DNA of 43,009 bases from Candidatus Nanosyncoccaceae bacterium (GTDB taxonomy: Bacteria; Patescibacteriota; Saccharimonadia; Saccharimonadales; Saccharimonadaceae), in assembly GCA_045630145.1 (NCBI GenBank), contig JAZQSO010000031.1, positions 1-43,009 on the forward strand. Reading direction: 5' to 3'. The notes under the pieces are model-generated. The model searched no databases. It saw only the letters and a list, made by a program, of their open reading frames with translations, and was not told the DNA's origin. Numbering within the stretch: the stretch's first letter is position 1; each line of letters opens with the position of its first letter. Shown piece by piece: positions 1 to 7,837 of this stretch. A program made the position numbers and the translations under genes.

Positions 1-1
1 C

Positions 2-280
2 CCGCATAACATCGGCTCTATCATTGCTTGCATGCCTAAGGGCTGCGACGCTGCTCGCATCGTCGAGTTTGCTTTCCCTGGTAGCAAGTACGGTCAGTTC
101 GACAAGAGCGACTTCGCATTCTTTGCCAAGAATGTCGATAAGCCGCTCAAAGAAAAGCCCGGCGCAGGTCTTCTGCTCATCAGCGAAATCTTCACAACTC
201 TGCAGAAGTGCAACCGCATCGAGCCTGACAAGGCACTCAGCAAGAAGATTATCACCGTTGCGGAAGCTGCTCACAGCTAA
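2..280 (+). CDS. C-terminal fragment of an unidentified protein (5' end lies outside the window)
   Basis: Frame 2 is open from the window edge to TAA 278-280 (...VAEAAHS*). The ATG at 32 is probably internal. A hairpin plus T-run follows at 306-341. I recognise no family motif. Confidence 0.5.
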   Translation, partial: PHNIGSIIACMPKGCDAARIVEFAFPGSKYGQFDKSDFAFFAKNVDKPLKEKPGAGLLLISEIFTTLQKCNRIEPDKALSKKIITVAEAAHS

Positions 281-305
281 TTCAATCGTACGCCACCCCA
301 ACCCA

Positions 306-341
306 AAGACCGCCCTGTTCGCAGGACGGTCTTATTTTATT
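306..341 (+). terminator. Intrinsic terminator
   Basis: 12-bp stem AAGACCGCCCTG/CAGGACGGTCTT (1 mismatch), TTCG loop, T-rich tail. Confidence 0.75.
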
Positions 342-837
342 TCTCTCTTCTAAATTTATCCGTAAAGAATTCCGAGATGGCGGCCGCTTTATCTGCCGCA
401 ACCACCAGCCAAGCCTCCCTACAGCGTGGCACGCGCGTTAAAGTAAGTGGCCACATATGCTTACGAATAATCTCACGCTCGCGCTTCGATAAATTAAAAT
501 CTTCTTCTGCGTTTTTCAAAGCAATTCCAGGATGCAAAAAGCCATGAAAGGTCTTCGGGCGACCATTTTCTTCACTTGCACGCTCATGCCAGTCATACAA
601 GAAATAATCGTGCAGTAGCGCCCCACGCACTAATTCACCCTTGCTATATTCAATGCCAAGAATGTCGCCAAGTTTCACAGACAAATGCGCTACATTCATC
701 GCATGCTCTTTTGTTGTCGTCTTGCCATGCTGGATATTTTTATCCATTTCTTCAAAACGCCCACCATCAAAAATCCTCGCCGCATACGGGCGCATCTTCG
801 CTTCGAGCTCACGATATTTGCGTTCTCTTTTTGTCAT
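337..837 (-). CDS. HD-domain metal-dependent phosphohydrolase
   Basis: 166 aa. Shows the HD-superfamily pattern (HAMNVAH...GALLHDY...HGFLHP...RKHMWP). ATG at 837. Confidence 0.75.
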   Translation of the reverse strand: MTKRERKYRELEAKMRPYAARIFDGGRFEEMDKNIQHGKTTTKEHAMNVAHLSVKLGDILGIEYSKGELVRGALLHDYFLYDWHERASEENGRPKTFHGFLHPGIALKNAEEDFNLSKREREIIRKHMWPLTLTRVPRCREAWLVVAADKAAAISEFFTDKFRREK

Positions 838-867
838 TAAGCTTTTATTTTAACATAAAAGCAATAA

Positions 868-1674
868 TTAGTCCTTGAGGAGCGCTCTTGCGATTACGCG
901 CTCACTAGCAAGCTCTCTGTTCCACAAGGCCAAAACCGCCGCTCTAGCCTGCAGGCTACCATCCCAGAACGAAATCTGCGTATACTCCGTATCGCCAATA
1001 TCTTCCGAAATCACCTGCCCGTCATGTGCCACAACAATCTGTCCTTCGTGGAAGGTTACAATCGTCAATGCGTAACTCAATGTAAACTTATGCAATGTTT
1101 CGATTAACTGATTCATCGGCATCGACAAAGTAATGATCTTTGGATAATACATCGTGCGCAACATCTTCTGAAGCTGAGACATTGTTGCATAAACCGTCAT
1201 TGGCGCCTCACGCATCGACCAATTCATCACGTCTGGAGTCAAAACATCTACACCATCACGCACGACAAATACCGGCTTGTCGCAAAGCTTCATAAACTCC
1301 GCAAAAGCAATCGAAGTTTCTGCATTCTTACCCAAATCACCCGCAATTAAAACCGCCTCGGCCCATTCGAGTTGCAAAAGCATTTCCTGAAGCGCAGATT
1401 TACCAAATGCGCCAGAAGCCTCAGCCTTCGCAAAATAGATCTCTGGGATTTTTGGCAACTTGCCACGCAAAGAATCTGGCAAAAGCACACGCACATCGCC
1501 CACGCCCATCTTATTCGCCGTCTCCATCGCCTTTGCAACTGCAAAGAAAGCCCCACGATTGCCGCCAATAATCAGCAATTTACCCGCAAAACGACGCTGC
1601 TCCGGCTGCCAAGTATCCACCTCTGGATAAAGCGGCTTAGTCTTTTGCTTGCGCCAATAATCAAAGTCGCTCAT
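868..1674 (-). CDS. YjeF C-terminal / ribokinase-like (NAD(P)HX dehydratase family) protein, divergent
   Basis: 268 aa. LLIIGGNRGAFFAVAKAMETANKMGVGDVRVLLP resembles the start of the YjeF_C fold. A GGAG SD sits inside the xth 3' end just upstream of ATG 1674. The C-terminal GxGD-type motif is degenerate. Confidence 0.45.
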   Translation of the reverse strand: MSDFDYWRKQKTKPLYPEVDTWQPEQRRFAGKLLIIGGNRGAFFAVAKAMETANKMGVGDVRVLLPDSLRGKLPKIPEIYFAKAEASGAFGKSALQEMLLQLEWAEAVLIAGDLGKNAETSIAFAEFMKLCDKPVFVVRDGVDVLTPDVMNWSMREAPMTVYATMSQLQKMLRTMYYPKIITLSMPMNQLIETLHKFTLSYALTIVTFHEGQIVVAHDGQVISEDIGDTEYTQISFWDGSLQARAAVLALWNRELASERVIARALLKD

Positions 1675-1675
1675 T

Positions 1676-2587
1676 CTAGTCTCCTAAATCCAAACTTGCT
1701 TGCATAGTTTCTGGGGTTTTCGTGAGCACTTCTTCCGTCAAAACAATTTTCGGATTCACGACTGCCATTTCTACCATGTTCGCATTGAGCGACAAATCCT
1801 TCATTTCGATCATCACTGGGCAATGGTCCGAGCCCATCACTTCGTCACAAATCTCCGCCTCGACCAACTTGCTCTTCAAGCTATCAGATAACAAGAAATA
1901 ATCAATTCTCCACCCAACATTATTCTGCCTAGCGCCACCACGGTAAGACCACCAAGAATACTTCACTTTCTCTGGATTCTTAAAGCGGAAGCTATCTATA
2001 AAACCAGCTGACAGATAGTTCGTCATACCTTGGCGTTCTTCTTTTGTAAAGCCCGCATGCTGAACATTCTGCTTTGGACGCGCTAGGTCGATTTCCTCAT
2101 GCGCTACATTCATATCGCCGCACAAAATCACCGGCTTCGTCTTCTCGAGTTCTTTCATATAGCTCAAGAGTGCTGGATCCCAAACTGTCTCACGGAATTT
2201 TAAGCGCTCCAAAGAATCCTTTGCATTCGGCACATAAGCATCCACAAGATAAAAATCATCAAATTCTGCTGTTACGAGGCGCCCTTCTGTGCGTACATCA
2301 CCGAATTGGTCTACCCATTCAAACTCTTCGTTCTGCGTATCAAACATGCCAAAGCGCACGCTGAGTGGTCGCACCTTTGTAAAAATAGCCGTGCCAGAGT
2401 AACCCGCACGATCGGCCGAGTTCCAAATCTCTTCATATTCTTCAAAATCAACTTCTGCTTGCCCCTGCTTCGCCTTGGTTTCTTGTAGACAAATAATATC
2501 TGGATCATAATTTGCCAGAAATTCCTGAAACGCACCTTTTTTGAGCACGGCACGCAAGCCATTTACATTCCATGAAAAGATTCTCAT
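1676..2587 (-). CDS. xth: Exodeoxyribonuclease III / AP endonuclease
   Basis: MRIFSWNVNGLRA...ICLQETKA...GSDHCPV are ExoIII (EEP) signatures. I prefer ATG 2587 over the track start at 2605. TATAAT (2599-2594) lies 6 nt upstream. The protein has a ~40-aa C-terminal extension. Confidence 0.9.
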   Translation of the reverse strand: MRIFSWNVNGLRAVLKKGAFQEFLANYDPDIICLQETKAKQGQAEVDFEEYEEIWNSADRAGYSGTAIFTKVRPLSVRFGMFDTQNEEFEWVDQFGDVRTEGRLVTAEFDDFYLVDAYVPNAKDSLERLKFRETVWDPALLSYMKELEKTKPVILCGDMNVAHEEIDLARPKQNVQHAGFTKEERQGMTNYLSAGFIDSFRFKNPEKVKYSWWSYRGGARQNNVGWRIDYFLLSDSLKSKLVEAEICDEVMGSDHCPVMIEMKDLSLNANMVEMAVVNPKIVLTEEVLTKTPETMQASLDLGD

Positions 2588-2593
2588 ATCTCT

Positions 2594-2599
2594 ATTATA
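2594..2599 (-). promoter_or_regulatory. -10 box TATAAT 6 nt upstream of the xth ATG (leaderless configuration)
   Basis: The minus strand reads TATAAT-agagat-ATG(2587). No SD. It sits directly after the terminator at 2606-2632. Confidence 0.55.
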
Positions 2600-2605
2600 T
2601 AGCAT

Positions 2606-2632
2606 AAAAAATGCGGCCCCTTAAGGGACCGC
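2606..2632 (-). terminator. Intrinsic terminator after the 2640 gene
   Basis: Stem GCGGTCCC-ttaa-GGGGCCGC (1 mismatch) followed by AUUUUUU on the minus strand. Confidence 0.7.
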
Positions 2633-2639
2633 AATTAAA

Positions 2640-3242
2640 TCATTTCAGCCTGTATTCCAATCTTAGCCCGTTATACTTGCAGAAAATCTCCACAATTGCC
2701 AGCACGGTCGAAGCATAAGCCTCGTTATCGGAACCAGCAGCATAAACGAAGAAGCCCGCCTCGAGTACCGAACGGTGACCCTGCGCAGAATACAACCTAG
2801 CATAAACTGCCAATGTCGGCCAACCACACTTGCTATCGCGCATAAAATCGCCCAGTTCACGGCGCTCCGGCTTCTTACATTCCTTCGCGCAAGTCTGACA
2901 CTCATTGTAGCGCTGGTAGACTGCCCGCATTGGTTCCGACATCGTAGCATTTTCGTTCAGGAGCGACTTATAAATCGCTTCATTCTGACGTTTTTCTTGT
3001 TCGTCCTGATGAAAAATGCTCTTACGGAACTCACTCTGGATGTCTTTGTCATAAAAGCACAACAATGGCATCGCACGGAATTCAATCCAGCCGGCTTTCA
3101 GCCCACCATCAAACTTCTTAGCAAAGTCTTCGGTTTGTGGCACCAAGCCAAAACGTGCTTCGTGTAAATCACGACTATCGTCCACGCAAGCTTTCGTAAC
3201 GATTTCCAACACTCGCACGAGGCTATTCAGGTCCATTTTCAT
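2640..3242 (-). CDS. Hypothetical cytoplasmic protein (200 aa, Cys-rich centre)
   Basis: Long ORF with a GAGAGG SD upstream and a hairpin/U-run terminator at 2606-2632. No recognisable motif. Confidence 0.6.
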   Translation of the reverse strand: MKMDLNSLVRVLEIVTKACVDDSRDLHEARFGLVPQTEDFAKKFDGGLKAGWIEFRAMPLLCFYDKDIQSEFRKSIFHQDEQEKRQNEAIYKSLLNENATMSEPMRAVYQRYNECQTCAKECKKPERRELGDFMRDSKCGWPTLAVYARLYSAQGHRSVLEAGFFVYAAGSDNEAYASTVLAIVEIFCKYNGLRLEYRLK

Positions 3243-3451
3243 TTCAGATCAACCTCTCTTCAAAGAAATTTCGGAACGGAATAAAAGCTTAAATGTATTC
3301 TTAAAGAACCGCCCACGATGTGGTATATTTTCGCATAATCTAGCCTTTTTGCAAGCGTAAGCGCTTAACTAAACAGGTGAAATATGTTAATATTCAATCC
3401 ATTGCAAAACAAGCACCTTACTTTTTCCGAGATTCAGAAAGGAGGCTCTCA

Positions 3452-3793
3452 ATGAGACCTAGAGTCCATCATTTCCGCAAATCCGATGCCAAAATTCTCC
3501 GCACTTTCTCCATCCAAAGCGAGACGTGTGGTCATATCGCAGGCGTTTCGAATATTATTCGAGACTTCATCGATGGCATTAAAGCCGGCAAGCCACCCAA
3601 GGTACGCTATTACCTGTATCAGGAATACCCCTGCAGCCTGCACGGTAAAGCCGAAAACTTTGACATCACTCAGGACGCGCCCGATGGTAACTTCGGTACC
3701 ATTCGCACAATCCAGACCGCTCAAGACGAAGAAAACAAATTCTATCTTCGCTTCGAAACAGAAAAAGACTTCTATTTAATCCCTATCCGTTAA
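3452..3793 (+). CDS. Hypothetical protein (113 aa)
   Basis: AAGGAGG at 3439-3445 lies 6 nt before ATG 3452. The track GTG start at 3377 has no SD. The bidirectional terminator at 3797-3834 follows. Confidence 0.6.
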   Translation: MRPRVHHFRKSDAKILRTFSIQSETCGHIAGVSNIIRDFIDGIKAGKPPKVRYYLYQEYPCSLHGKAENFDITQDAPDGNFGTIRTIQTAQDEENKFYLRFETEKDFYLIPIR

Positions 3794-3796
3794 TCT

Positions 3797-3834
3797 CGAA
3801 AAAACTCCCGCTTCACGGCGGGAGTTTCTTTTAT
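3797..3834. terminator. Bidirectional terminator between convergent genes
   Basis: 9-bp stem AACTCCCGC/GCGGGAGTT flanked by A6 and T-rich runs. Confidence 0.75.
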
Positions 3835-3866
3835 CGTTTCTTGTCGATACGTACACAATCCTACAA

Positions 3867-4406
3867 TTATTCCTTGGGACAAATTTTCAGACCAACTTTT
3901 GCAAGCATATATTCGCGACGCCACCAAGTAGCATCAGACTCGAGCTGCTTAATACATTCTTCGATAGCGTTTGTTGCCTGCTTAAGATCGTCTGCGATCG
4001 CTCTGAGCTGTTTCATATTAGAAGCCTGCTCGAGCGAGAAATCCTCCTGATCAAAGATATATTCGTCAGTCAGACACTCGTTACGCATAGCTTCAGTCTC
4101 AGCAAAGCATTCATCGATTCGCGCCTGAATATTCTCTAACCGCTGAGCACTTTCTTCATCGCAAGTATCTCTAACGGTTTTGATATATTCCTGCATAACC
4201 TCACGTCCTTTTGCAAGTTCGCCAGCCAGAGGACGGTAGTTGCGCAAAAATTCACGACGAGAATAGTAGTTTGCCAATGCTTCACCCAGATTATCACGCA
4301 TTGCCGTGTCGTCATTATTGGATCCTTTCCAGACCGCATTGCAAATCGCGGTCAAAATCGCTGCCGTTGCAGCCGAAAGAATCGCAACCATTGCTAAATT
4401 TTTCAT
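3867..4406 (-). CDS. Hypothetical N-terminally membrane-anchored or secreted helical protein (179 aa)
   Basis: N-terminal hydrophobic segment MKNLAMVAILSAATAAILTAICNAVW. The rest is charged and helical-looking. Confidence 0.6.
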   Translation of the reverse strand: MKNLAMVAILSAATAAILTAICNAVWKGSNNDDTAMRDNLGEALANYYSRREFLRNYRPLAGELAKGREVMQEYIKTVRDTCDEESAQRLENIQARIDECFAETEAMRNECLTDEYIFDQEDFSLEQASNMKQLRAIADDLKQATNAIEECIKQLESDATWWRREYMLAKVGLKICPKE

Positions 4407-4522
4407 AGTTAACCCCTTTGTCCGGGCGACGTGCTAGAAACGATAAAAAAAGAGCGCGACGCGTTTTCGGTCGACAAGACATATTATAACATCTTTCGCC
4501 CCTGTTGTCACTCTGCCTCACC

Positions 4523-4551
4523 TTGACTACTAGCAGAAGTATGCGATAATA
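4523..4551 (+). promoter_or_regulatory. Promoter TTGACT-16/17 nt-GATAAT(A) for the 4629 gene
   Basis: TTGACT at 4523-4528, GATAAT at 4545-4550. Confidence 0.6.
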
Positions 4552-4628
4552 ACACAATCAAGACCGGATTATTTTCCGCGCACCTTTAAAACTATCGTTC
4601 TCTACCCACCGGTCAGAAAGGATTTGCT

Positions 4629-5063
4629 ATGAATAAGCTAACCAGTATCGCAATCGCCCTCGCCGGAGTCACGACCGCCGCAGTCATCATTCACTGCGCT
4701 AAACCTCGTATCGAAAAGGACGCTAAGCTTGCCAAAAAGCTCAATGACCTCCGTGACGATTTAGAGCTCGACTGCGATCTCATCTTCTCTACAACCAAGG
4801 AAATTCCCGAAGAAATCATCACTTCCGCCGACCGCTCCTTCAAGGAGATCGTCAACGATGCTGCTGATTTCGCCACATCCGTCTTTAATGTTTATGCCTA
4901 TTTAGACTACGACAGTATCAAGAGTCTGTCCGTCGACGCTAAGCAAGCTTACGTCGAATGCATCAGTTCTATTATTAAGAACGCAGAGAAATATCTCTAT
5001 GCCATCGATGCCGCACGTGACCTCATGAAAGACACTCGCCGTTCAATGGGTATCAAAGGCTAA
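4629..5063 (+). CDS. Hypothetical N-terminally membrane-anchored helical protein (144 aa)
   Basis: N-terminal hydrophobic segment LTSIAIALAGVTTAAVIIH. AAAGGA SD upstream, promoter at 4523-4551, terminator at 5103-5130. Confidence 0.6.
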   Translation: MNKLTSIAIALAGVTTAAVIIHCAKPRIEKDAKLAKKLNDLRDDLELDCDLIFSTTKEIPEEIITSADRSFKEIVNDAADFATSVFNVYAYLDYDSIKSLSVDAKQAYVECISSIIKNAEKYLYAIDAARDLMKDTRRSMGIKG

Positions 5064-5102
5064 TCCCCGCATCCGAATTATTACGCGAACGATAGTTTAT
5101 GC

Positions 5103-5130
5103 GCCTCCACTCCCTGTGGAGGCTTTTTAT
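5103..5130 (+). terminator. Intrinsic terminator
   Basis: GCCTCCAC-tccct-GTGGAGGC followed by TTTTTAT. Confidence 0.8.
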
Positions 5131-5146
5131 TGCGATTATTCCCCTG

Positions 5147-5155
5147 TGGTATAAT
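5147..5155 (+). promoter_or_regulatory. Extended -10 TGgTATAAT 6 nt upstream of the rel ATG
   Basis: TGgTATAAT-ataagt-ATG(5162). No SD. Confidence 0.6.
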
Positions 5156-5161
5156 ATAAGT

Positions 5162-6634
5162 ATGAAAACTTCGCCACGAGTCAAAGAGGCGATAGCAGTC
5201 GCCACCAAAGCCCACGAGGGTCAGCTTCGTAAGACTGGCGAACCTTATATTATTCATCCACTCGCCGTCCTTAAAATCCTTCAGGAGTGGAACATGGACG
5301 AGGACACCATTATCGCTGGAGTTCTCCATGATACCGTTGAGGATACAGATTTATCTCTTAAAGAAATCGAGGACACCTTCGGCAAAGATGTCGCCTTCCT
5401 CGTTAATGGCGTCACCAAGCTTGGCAAAGCCCGCTCTGGCATGAAGGATCTCGACGAATATCTCCCAGAGACTGGAGATAACCTTCTCAAGCTCCTCGTT
5501 GCGACTGGTCAGGACGTCCGCGTCCTCATTATTAAGCTTGCCGACCGTCTCCATAATCTCCGTACACTTTCCGCGCTTCCACCAGAAAAACAACAAAAAA
5601 TCGCCCGCGAATCCCTCGAAGTCTTCGCGCCGCTTGCCGATCGTCTTCAGATGGGCCACGTCCGTGTCGAAATCGAAGAAACCAGCTTCCGCTATCTCGA
5701 TCCGCGCCGCTTTGAATTCCTCCAGAATCTCACCAAAGAGCGCCTCAAACAGGCCGATAAAAAGCTCAAGAACGCCCAACACGCCGTCGAGGAAGCCCTC
5801 AAAAAGGAAAAGATTGAATACAAGTGCGATGGCCGCGTAAAGTCCATCTATTCCCTACACAAAAAGCTTGCGAAATACAACCAAGATATCAACCGCATCT
5901 ATGACCTTATCGCGTTGCGTTTTATCGTCAAAGATATCACCACTTGCTACTTAGTCCTCGGCATTATTCATTCGCTCAACCGCCCAATGGATGGCCGCGT
6001 CAAAGATTATATCGCAATGCCAAAGACCAATGGCTATCAATCCTTACACACCACGGTCATTACGCCAGACAAGCAAATTGTTGAATTCCAAATTCGCACT
6101 CAAGAGATGCACGATTATGCCGAGCGCGGTCTTGCTGCTACCTTCTTCTATAACGAGCAGAAGCTCACCTCCGCCTATGCCGAGGGCAAAGTCAGCAAGC
6201 TTCCACCGCATCTTCTCTGGATCAAAGAGCTCCAAGAGACCTCCACAAAGCTCGCGCACGGCGAAAAAGTCGACACCAAAAAACTCCGCCTCAATCTCTT
6301 CGCGGACAAGATTTTCGTTTATACGCCAAAGGGCGACATTATCGATTTGCCAAAAGGCTCCATGCCTCTAGATTTTGCCTATCGCCTTCATAGCGACATT
6401 GGCGCCACTTGTACCGGTGCTATCGTCAACGGCAAGATGGTCAGCCTTAGCACTAAGCTCAAACAAGGCGACATTGTCGAAATTATTACCACTAAGAACC
6501 AAAAACCAAACCCAGGTTGGCTAGACAAAGTCTTTAGCAAACACGCCCGCACGAAGCTCCTCAGCCAGCTCAATACACTCTTCGCTAAAAAAGAAGAAAC
6601 TGGTGGCAACTTCCGCAAACCAAGCAAACATTAG
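5162..6634 (+). CDS. rel: Bifunctional (p)ppGpp synthetase/hydrolase, RelA/SpoT homolog, short form ending after the TGS domain
   Basis: HD hydrolase motifs (EPYIIHPLAV, GVLHDTVEDT), a synthetase motif (GYQSLHTTV) and a TGS domain (IFVYTPKGDIIDLPKGSMPLDFAY). I prefer the start at MKTSPRVKEA (ATG 5162) over the track start at 5099. Confidence 0.9.
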   Translation: MKTSPRVKEAIAVATKAHEGQLRKTGEPYIIHPLAVLKILQEWNMDEDTIIAGVLHDTVEDTDLSLKEIEDTFGKDVAFLVNGVTKLGKARSGMKDLDEYLPETGDNLLKLLVATGQDVRVLIIKLADRLHNLRTLSALPPEKQQKIARESLEVFAPLADRLQMGHVRVEIEETSFRYLDPRRFEFLQNLTKERLKQADKKLKNAQHAVEEALKKEKIEYKCDGRVKSIYSLHKKLAKYNQDINRIYDLIALRFIVKDITTCYLVLGIIHSLNRPMDGRVKDYIAMPKTNGYQSLHTTVITPDKQIVEFQIRTQEMHDYAERGLAATFFYNEQKLTSAYAEGKVSKLPPHLLWIKELQETSTKLAHGEKVDTKKLRLNLFADKIFVYTPKGDIIDLPKGSMPLDFAYRLHSDIGATCTGAIVNGKMVSLSTKLKQGDIVEIITTKNQKPNPGWLDKVFSKHARTKLLSQLNTLFAKKEETGGNFRKPSKH

Positions 6635-6647
6635 TCAAAAATAAGCC

Positions 6648-6675
6648 AAAAAAATGACCGGGTATTACCCCGGTC
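6648..6675 (-). terminator. Intrinsic terminator (the U-run is on the minus strand only)
   Basis: GACCGGG-6 nt-CCCGGTC. The A7 run on the plus side gives a U-run for the 6714-7601 transcript. Confidence 0.7.
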
Positions 6676-6713
6676 GTAAAAGGCCTTAGTTGTAGTTTTT
6701 GCGAGCTTCATGC

Positions 6714-7601
6714 TTAGTGTTCCGATGCACGCTCCATATAACTGTAGCGATGCGCATAGCGTCTCACCCAGCGAGGAATTACCTCAAGCTCACGTACTGA
6801 CATATGACTGTAATCAATCTCGGTAATCACGATAGAACGACCCTCTGTTTCTTTAAGCTCCCGAACCAACTCGGTAAGCGCATTAGAGATAACGATGTCG
6901 TCTTTCACGAGTGCGAAATTGATATCACGCCAGATAATGAAATAATGCGATAAAAACGACAACACCTCATCCGGAAAAGCCTGCAGCAATGTCAGCCCCG
7001 CATTCTCCAAAAATCCGAAATAAATTCGAGATTCGAAGATAAAAAGCGTAGCAACACGGCAACGCGGAACAATCAAAGCCTGCTCGCCCATCAGCATCGG
7101 CGCCGGCGGCAACGAATATCTGCCACCATTGCGATTCCGAGCAACAAACAAATGATGACGTTGCACTCTCTTCGGTCCATCCGGTCCAGGGCCATCAGGT
7201 GGTGGTGACGGTGGCGGAGGTGGTGCAGCAGCAGATGCCACTCTACGAGTCATCGTAAAGCCTTCCTGTACCAGACGAAGCGTCAGATCCGTCAGGTCAA
7301 ACGAGACATCAGAAGCCTCAATCTTGTCTGGCAGCTGAGTTGGATCAGCGGGTTCCAGCAATCCCTTAATGGCGCCACTAAAGTCTTCGTAATCAATTAA
7401 CGGAGCCTTCATAACGCCATCCGGAGTGCACACGAGAACCGTAACACACTGCTGATGATGTGAGTCATCGAAATACTCCATCACCAGCAAGCTGGAACAG
7501 CTCACGACATACCAGAGTCTAACTACCGAAATACGATGCCATGTGCCATCACAGAGCGCACTATGCTCGATATTCGGGTATTCCATTTGTATATATTTCA
7601 C
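6714..7601 (-). CDS. Hypothetical two-domain protein with a polyproline linker (295 aa)
   Basis: GTG 7601 is preceded by AAGGGGGA. The linker AAAPPPPPSPPPDGPGPDGP separates two globular-looking halves. Consensus promoter at 7733-7705. Confidence 0.6.
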   Translation of the reverse strand: MKYIQMEYPNIEHSALCDGTWHRISVVRLWYVVSCSSLLVMEYFDDSHHQQCVTVLVCTPDGVMKAPLIDYEDFSGAIKGLLEPADPTQLPDKIEASDVSFDLTDLTLRLVQEGFTMTRRVASAAAPPPPPSPPPDGPGPDGPKRVQRHHLFVARNRNGGRYSLPPAPMLMGEQALIVPRCRVATLFIFESRIYFGFLENAGLTLLQAFPDEVLSFLSHYFIIWRDINFALVKDDIVISNALTELVRELKETEGRSIVITEIDYSHMSVRELEVIPRWVRRYAHRYSYMERASEH

Positions 7602-7704
7602 GAAAAATTCCCCCTTATTGAAATTTGGAAACGGATTGATTTTGGTCCTACAACTATTTGCCTGATAATTTTCTTTCTATAGCACACTGGCCATGAACAC
7701 GAAT

Positions 7705-7733
7705 ATTATATAATTTTTTATCATAGAAGTCAA
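7705..7733 (-). promoter_or_regulatory. Promoter TTGACT-17 nt-TATAAT for the 6714-7601 gene
   Basis: On the minus strand, TTGACT is at 7733-7728 and TATAAT at 7710-7705. It lies back-to-back with the plus-strand promoter 28 bp away. Confidence 0.75.
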
Positions 7734-7760
7734 AGTTAATTGTGCTTATTGCTCTATAAA

Positions 7761-7789
7761 TTGACTTTCTATAGCTCTTATGGTATAAT
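7761..7789 (+). promoter_or_regulatory. Promoter TTGACT-17 nt-(TGg)TATAAT for the 7838 gene
   Basis: Coordinates 7761-7766 and 7784-7789. Confidence 0.8.
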
Positions 7790-7837
7790 ATACAAATCCG
7801 TATAAAAATCGCGTACTTTACAAGGAGGCTCTCAATT

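Noticed and set aside
3358-3367. The 10-bp perfect palindrome TAAGCGCTTA in the divergent promoter region, as a possible operator.
   Set aside because: It is short and occurs only once. Palindromes of this length are expected by chance in 43 kb.
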